In this document: positions 27,671-32,000 of the stretch, one piece after another
How the letters are laid out: each line of letters opens with the position of its first letter
How positions within the stretch are numbered: the stretch's first letter is position 1
NCBI GenBank assembly: GCA_035390665.1
Contig: DAOOUC010000004.1
Location: 1-32,000, forward strand
Source of the DNA: an archaeon
GTDB taxonomy: Archaea; Iainarchaeota; Iainarchaeia; Iainarchaeales; CSSED10-239
Length of the DNA: 32,000 nt
Direction: 5' to 3'
Notes under the pieces: model-generated
The model's database searches: none
The model's input: only the letters and a program-made list of their open reading frames with translations
Told to the model about the DNA's origin: nothing
Made by a program: the position numbers and the translations under genes

Positions 27671-27743
27671 GGTCCTGTGGTCTAGCGGTTATGATGTTAC
27701 CTTGACATGGTAGAGATCCCCGGTCCGAATCCGGGCAGGACCA
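27671..27743 (+). tRNA. tRNA-Val (anticodon GAC)
   Basis: Acceptor GGTCCTG/CAGGACC, A73; D arm GTCT-AGCGGTTA-TGAT; anticodon arm TTACC-TTGACAT-GGTAG; T arm CCCGG-TCCGAAT-CCGGG. Confidence 0.95.
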
Positions 27744-27759
27744 TTTTTTGGTGAGAATT

Positions 27760-28362
27760 ATGATATCAAAACTTATTTCTTTAATTGTTCTTTTTTTTGT
27801 AATCATTGATCCATTAACTAGTTTTGTTGTTTTTTTTGTAAGCACTAAAGGTTTTGATAATAAAGCTAAAATTAAAATTGCAATTCTTTCTGTTCTTCTT
27901 GCAACCTTTATTTCTTATCTTGTTCTTTTTTTAGGACAGAATCTTTTGAAATTGTTTAGTACAGACATTAATAGCTTTAAGATTGCTGGTGGAATCATTC
28001 TTTTAATTTTAGGAATAAATATGTCTCTTGGTAAATCATTTAATGACCTAGACAAAATGGAAGGAGATTCTGTACATGCCGTTGCTTCAATTATTGCAAC
28101 GCCATTAATCAGTGGCCCAGCAACAATTACTGCAATAATTATCTCGGCTGCAGACTTTGGTAAGCTTTTAACAGGCATTGCTATTGGTGTTATCCTTGCA
28201 ATGATAGGAATAATGTTCTATCTTTCAATTAGATTTCACGATGTTACTTCAAAAGCAAAAACCACTATACAGGTTGTAACCACAATCATGGGACTTATAA
28301 CACTTGCCTGGGGAGTTAACTACATTATCACTGGTGTGCAAGCAATCTTTGGATTTGTCTAA
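27760..28362 (+). CDS. MarC-family integral membrane protein (start re-assigned to MISKLISL with upstream GGTGAG)
   Basis: IDPLTSFVVFFVSTKG, GGIILLILGINM, ATPLISGPATITAIIISA are MarC signatures. Confidence 0.88.
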   Translation: MISKLISLIVLFFVIIDPLTSFVVFFVSTKGFDNKAKIKIAILSVLLATFISYLVLFLGQNLLKLFSTDINSFKIAGGIILLILGINMSLGKSFNDLDKMEGDSVHAVASIIATPLISGPATITAIIISAADFGKLLTGIAIGVILAMIGIMFYLSIRFHDVTSKAKTTIQVVTTIMGLITLAWGVNYIITGVQAIFGFV

Positions 28363-29036
28363 AGCAACTTCTTCTGATATAAGTCATTAACGATGTTATC
28401 AAGAGTTTTCCATTTTAAACGAGTGTTTTTTGGAAAACTTTTATGCTTCTTAAAATAGTCTTTAAGATAATCAATGGTCTTTGGATCAGAAGAATATCCT
28501 GAAATTTCTAAACCATCTAATTCTTTTTTTAACAATGAGTCTCTTGTTACTTTGGCTAAGATTGATGCACAAGAAACTGATGGGTGATTAAGATCTGCTT
28601 TGTGCTCTGAAATAATCTTACTATCGCAAACACAAGAAATTGCTTTTAAATTGTCTTTTATTCTTCTAGAAAAATGATCAGTGGAAGTGTCTGGAGAATC
28701 AAACACAATTATTTCTGGTTTTGCCTTTAATTGTGAAATTGCAAAACAGGCTTTCTGTGCTTCTATCTCGTTTAAAGAATACTTGTCCATTAAGACATTT
28801 AGTTCTTCGGCAGGAATTGCAGTAATCTTATAATCTTCTGCTTCTTTTTTGATAAGCTCAAATAGTTCTTCTCTTTGTTTTGGAGACAAAAGCTTTGAGT
28901 CTTTTACACCAGCATCTTTAAACATTTTTTCTTTATCTTTATCTATTACACAAACAGCTAAAACTAAAGGACCTAATACGCAGCCCCTTCCGGCTTCATC
29001 AACTCCTGCGACTAGTTGTTTTTTCATTTTAATCAA
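28359..29036 (-). CDS. rnhB: Ribonuclease HII
   Basis: VAGVDEAGRGCVLGPLVLA, VKDSKLLSPKQREEL, CASILAKVTRDSLL, GYSSDPKT. Confidence 0.95.
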   Translation of the reverse strand: MIKMKKQLVAGVDEAGRGCVLGPLVLAVCVIDKDKEKMFKDAGVKDSKLLSPKQREELFELIKKEAEDYKITAIPAEELNVLMDKYSLNEIEAQKACFAISQLKAKPEIIVFDSPDTSTDHFSRRIKDNLKAISCVCDSKIISEHKADLNHPSVSCASILAKVTRDSLLKKELDGLEISGYSSDPKTIDYLKDYFKKHKSFPKNTRLKWKTLDNIVNDLYQKKLL

Positions 29037-29107
29037 GCTTTTTAAATACTTTGTTTATTAAATATAATATAGTACTTATTTTAAAGCTTATTAAATTGGT
29101 GAAAAAT

Positions 29108-29371
29108 ATGAACGGAACAATAACAAATTACAGAATGGGTGTAAACACACAAAAGAACAATCATTTACTTATAAAAATAGATGATGAGAAATACAATAGC
29201 AAGATTGCAGTAGCTCCATTACTTGGAAAAAAAGTAGTTTTTACAACTATTGGAAAAAAAGTAATTAACGGAAAAGTTGCTTCAGCTCACGGTAACAAAG
29301 GAATAATTAGAGTTATCTTTGAGAAGGGTCTTCCAGGAGACGCAATTGGACAAAAGGTAGAAATCAAATAA
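29108..29371 (+). CDS. rpl35ae: 50S ribosomal protein L35Ae (start re-assigned to MNGTITNY)
   Basis: NYRMGVNTQKNNHLLIKID...LLGKKVVFTT-GKKVINGKVASAHGNKGIIRVIFEKGLPGDAIGQKVEI. Confidence 0.88.
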   Translation: MNGTITNYRMGVNTQKNNHLLIKIDDEKYNSKIAVAPLLGKKVVFTTIGKKVINGKVASAHGNKGIIRVIFEKGLPGDAIGQKVEIK

Positions 29372-29404
29372 AGGTTTCTATTTTTTAAAAATCAAAGAAA
29401 ACTT

Positions 29405-30157
29405 ATGGATAAAAAACTATTTCTTGAAAAAACAATAAAAGATCTTAAAGTTGAACTTGAAAGCCCAGATCAAAGAATTATTGCACTTTATCAAATTGTA
29501 GATAAACTACCTAAAAACATTAACGAACTTTTTGAACAACTAAGGGTTGTTACAGACACAATCTATCCAAACTTAGAAAAAGAAATTAATGTTAAAGATT
29601 ATTGTAAAATACTTTTGTTGGAAAAAGTAACAATAGAAGAATTAAAGAAAATTGGAATTACTAATACAAAGGTAATTGAGATTATTGATTCTGGAGTATC
29701 AATAACTTTAGAAGAAAAAGAAAAAAAACTTATTAAAAATTTTGCAGAAAATATTTTAGAACTTATAAAAATAAAAGAAGAACTTGAAAATCAAGCACAC
29801 ACAATTGCAGAAAAAACATACCCTACTTTTTGTTCAGTTACAGGAACAAAGATTGCTTGTCAGATGCTTGTTATTGCCGGATCTATTTCCAGACTTTCAA
29901 GAATGCCAAGTTCTACTATACAGCTTCTTGGTGCAGAAAAATCTTTATTTAAATCAATAAAAATGGGAAATAAGAAGACTCCAAAATATGGTCTTTTGTT
30001 TAATCATTCTCTTATTATTAACAAAACTAAGAAAGACAAAGGCAGAATTGCAAGATTTTTAGCAGGAAAAATTGTTATCGCAATTAAAGCAGACATTTCA
30101 GGTAAAGACTTAAGAAAGGAATTAAGTGAAAAAATTTCTAAAAAAATAAAGGAATAA
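29405..30157 (+). CDS. nop5: Nop5/Nop56-like C/D RNP scaffold protein, apparently lacking the N-terminal domain
   Basis: ENQAHTIAEKTYPTFCSVTGTKIACQMLVIAGSISRLSRMPSSTIQLLGAEKSLFKSI..TPKYGLLFNH is the Nop domain. It is adjacent to fibrillarin. Confidence 0.88.
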   Translation: MDKKLFLEKTIKDLKVELESPDQRIIALYQIVDKLPKNINELFEQLRVVTDTIYPNLEKEINVKDYCKILLLEKVTIEELKKIGITNTKVIEIIDSGVSITLEEKEKKLIKNFAENILELIKIKEELENQAHTIAEKTYPTFCSVTGTKIACQMLVIAGSISRLSRMPSSTIQLLGAEKSLFKSIKMGNKKTPKYGLLFNHSLIINKTKKDKGRIARFLAGKIVIAIKADISGKDLRKELSEKISKKIKE

Positions 30158-30159
30158 AT

Positions 30160-30765
30160 ATGAGTATAAAAAACCTAATTAGAGCAGACGGAAACTTCTA
30201 TACTCTTGACCTTAATACCAAAGAAAAAAGACTTTGGGAGCCAACAAGATCAAAAGTTTGTGCTGCTTTAAAAAAGGGTGTTAATTTCTTACCAATTAAA
30301 GAAGACTCTATTGTTCTTTATCTTGGATGTGCAGAAGGTTATACTTGCTCATATCTTTCAGATATTGTTGAGAAAGGAACAATCTATGGAGTTGATCTTT
30401 CTCCACACAGTATGCAAAAATTTGTGTTACTTTGTAAAGAAAGAAAAAATCTTGTGCCTGTACTATTTGATGCTAATAAACTTGAAGATTATGATCTTCT
30501 TAAAGGATTAAAAGTAGATGTAATTGTGCAAGATGTTGCTCAGAAAAATCAAGTAGAGATATTAAACAAGAATGCTTTACTTTTTTTAAAGCCAAACGGT
30601 TACTTTATATTAAGTCTTAAAACAACAGCAATATCTCAGAAAAACACAAGAGACATAATTGAAAATGAAATTAAAAAACTTGAAAAAGACTTTGAGATAA
30701 CTGAAAAAAGAAGACTTGATCCTTTTGAAAAGAAACATATGATAATAATTGGAAAAAAGAAATAA
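30160..30765 (+). CDS. flpA: Fibrillarin-like rRNA/tRNA 2'-O-methyltransferase
   Basis: LWEPTRSKVCAALKKGVNFLPIKEDSIVLYLGCAEGYTCSYLSDIV, VDVIVQDVAQKNQVEILNKNA, FEKKHMIIIGKK. Confidence 0.93.
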   Translation: MSIKNLIRADGNFYTLDLNTKEKRLWEPTRSKVCAALKKGVNFLPIKEDSIVLYLGCAEGYTCSYLSDIVEKGTIYGVDLSPHSMQKFVLLCKERKNLVPVLFDANKLEDYDLLKGLKVDVIVQDVAQKNQVEILNKNALLFLKPNGYFILSLKTTAISQKNTRDIIENEIKKLEKDFEITEKRRLDPFEKKHMIIIGKKK

Positions 30766-30775
30766 TTATTGTTTT

Positions 30776-31711
30776 TTAAATCAAAAATAGAATTATATTA
30801 AAAATAATATACATTAATAATAATAATCCGCCTTCTTTCTTTGTTAACTTTTTATCTAATATCACATAGATAAATGAAATTACAGCTAAACCAAAAATTG
30901 GAATTGCAATTGTAAAAAGGGTTACTGGAACAATAATAAAACCAAAAAATCTTGAAAAACTTGTAACAATCAAAAGATCGATTATACTTGCACCAATGAT
31001 GTTAGCAACTGCAATATCAAGATGACCTTTTCTTAAAGACACTAATCCTACAGTTAATTCTGTAAGACTTGTTCCAAAAGCAATAACTGTTATTGCAATA
31101 ATTTCTGGAAAGATTCCAAGAATTTTTGAAATATGTAACATTGAATCAACAACATATTTTGAACCAACATAGATTAAGAAAGAATAAATTAGAAGTAAAA
31201 AAATACACATAAAGGTATTTGACTTAGGCCCAGATTCTTCTAATTTTACTGGTTTTGATAACCTGTATTGATATGCAGAATATGCAATATAGATTAAAAC
31301 ACATAAAATAGCCTCAATCATTGTAAAATTATTATCAATTATAAACAGAATAAAAAGACAAGAAACTGTTGCAAAAATCCATAAATCGGTTTTTATTGTT
31401 TCTTTGTATAAATATTTTGTACCATATAAAAATCCAACTAATCCAATAACTAAAAACACATTTGTTGTAACTGAACCAAGAACTGTTGGTATAACAATCT
31501 CTGATTCTCCTTTTAGTGTGGCATAGATAGAAGATGCAAGTTCAGGAAGAGTTGTTCCAATACTTACAATAATTAGGCCTATAAGAAATGTTGAAAGCCC
31601 TAAATTCTTCCCAAGTTCTTTAGATTTATCTACAAATAAATCCGCAGTATAAATCAAAATAAATAAACTTACAATAAAAACAAAAGCCCAAAATAAGAAA
31701 GCAAATAACAT
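30776..31711 (-). CDS. CaCA-family calcium/sodium:proton exchanger
   Basis: Duplicated alpha-repeats: IIVSIGTTLPELASSIYATLKGESEIVIPTVLGSV and VIAFGTSLTELTVGLVSLRKGHLDIAVANIIGASI. Confidence 0.92.
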   Translation of the reverse strand: MLFAFLFWAFVFIVSLFILIYTADLFVDKSKELGKNLGLSTFLIGLIIVSIGTTLPELASSIYATLKGESEIVIPTVLGSVTTNVFLVIGLVGFLYGTKYLYKETIKTDLWIFATVSCLFILFIIDNNFTMIEAILCVLIYIAYSAYQYRLSKPVKLEESGPKSNTFMCIFLLLIYSFLIYVGSKYVVDSMLHISKILGIFPEIIAITVIAFGTSLTELTVGLVSLRKGHLDIAVANIIGASIIDLLIVTSFSRFFGFIIVPVTLFTIAIPIFGLAVISFIYVILDKKLTKKEGGLLLLMYIIFNIILFLI

Positions 31712-31775
31712 TTTAATTTTCCTCTAAATTTTTAATTTTCTATGTTTAAATATATTAAATAAGAACAAAAAGTAT

Positions 31776-32000
31776 TTAAAGATAAATTAAACCAAACAAA
31801 AATGCAAGATAAATTAATATTGCAAATATACTGTGAAAATAGTTTATTTTTTTTAAATTTATTATTACTCCAAATAATATTATTGAAATTAAATAAAATG
31901 GAACAATAAAAAATATTGTTTCTTGAAATATTATTGGGCCAAAAAATCTAGTAATGCTTAATATTCCTAAAGTCTTTATTATGTTTGAACTTATTATTGT
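31776..32000 (-). CDS. C-terminal part of a second CaCA-family exchanger, truncated by the window edge
   Basis: Open frame translated by hand: TIISSNIIKTLGILSITRFFGPIIFQETIFFIVPFYLISIILFGVIINLKKINYFHSIFAILIYLAFLFGLIYL*. It aligns with the C-terminus of the 30776-31711 protein (ANIIGASIIDLLIVTSFSRFFGFIIVPVTLF...). Confidence 0.65.
   Translation of the reverse strand, partial: TIISSNIIKTLGILSITRFFGPIIFQETIFFIVPFYLISIILFGVIINLKKINYFHSIFAILIYLAFLFGLIYL

Noticed and set aside
27609-27845. 78-aa minus-strand ORF containing CPDSDRGSLPCQGN
   Set aside because: It is the antisense translation of the tRNA-Val gene.
1-32000. CRISPR arrays, integrases, transposases, restriction-modification or toxin-nuclease defence islands
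   Set aside because: No regularly spaced direct repeats and no recognisable proteins of these classes were found. The only convincing mobile element is the intein.

Overview
AT-rich (~30% GC) archaeal chromosomal segment. The gene content suggests a small-genome DPANN-type archaeon (Woesearchaeota/Pacearchaeota-like); that placement is inference from content only. Recognisable genes include TFB, Alba, ribosomal proteins L44e, L15e and L35Ae, Nop5 and fibrillarin, RNase HII, NurA and a HerA-type ATPase, HtpX, a 2'-5' RNA ligase-like protein, a CpaF/TadA-type secretion ATPase, a SufS-like cysteine desulfurase, TrxB, a bacterial-type PanD, MarC, a DedA/VTT protein and CaCA exchangers. There are two tRNA genes: tRNA-Trp(CCA) with a 90-nt intron, and tRNA-Val(GAC). 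The window looks like mostly ordinary chromosome. I found no CRISPR array, no integrase and no obvious complete defence or mobile system. The items most worth a second look are: (1) a LAGLIDADG-type intein inserted exactly in the P-loop of the HerA-type ATPase; (2) two hairpin arrays directly downstream of minus-strand genes (2397-2478 and 22362-22497); (3) a three-gene cluster of basic, uncharacterised proteins (20316-22270), two of which look like diverged paralogs; (4) a HerA/VirB4-like protein with an apparently destroyed Walker A motif; (5) a Nop5 that seems to lack its fibrillarin-binding N-terminal domain; (6) a tRNA-Val with C instead of U at position 55; (7) a 44-aa ribbon-helix-helix-like ORF directly upstream of nurA that is missing from the supplied ORF track.
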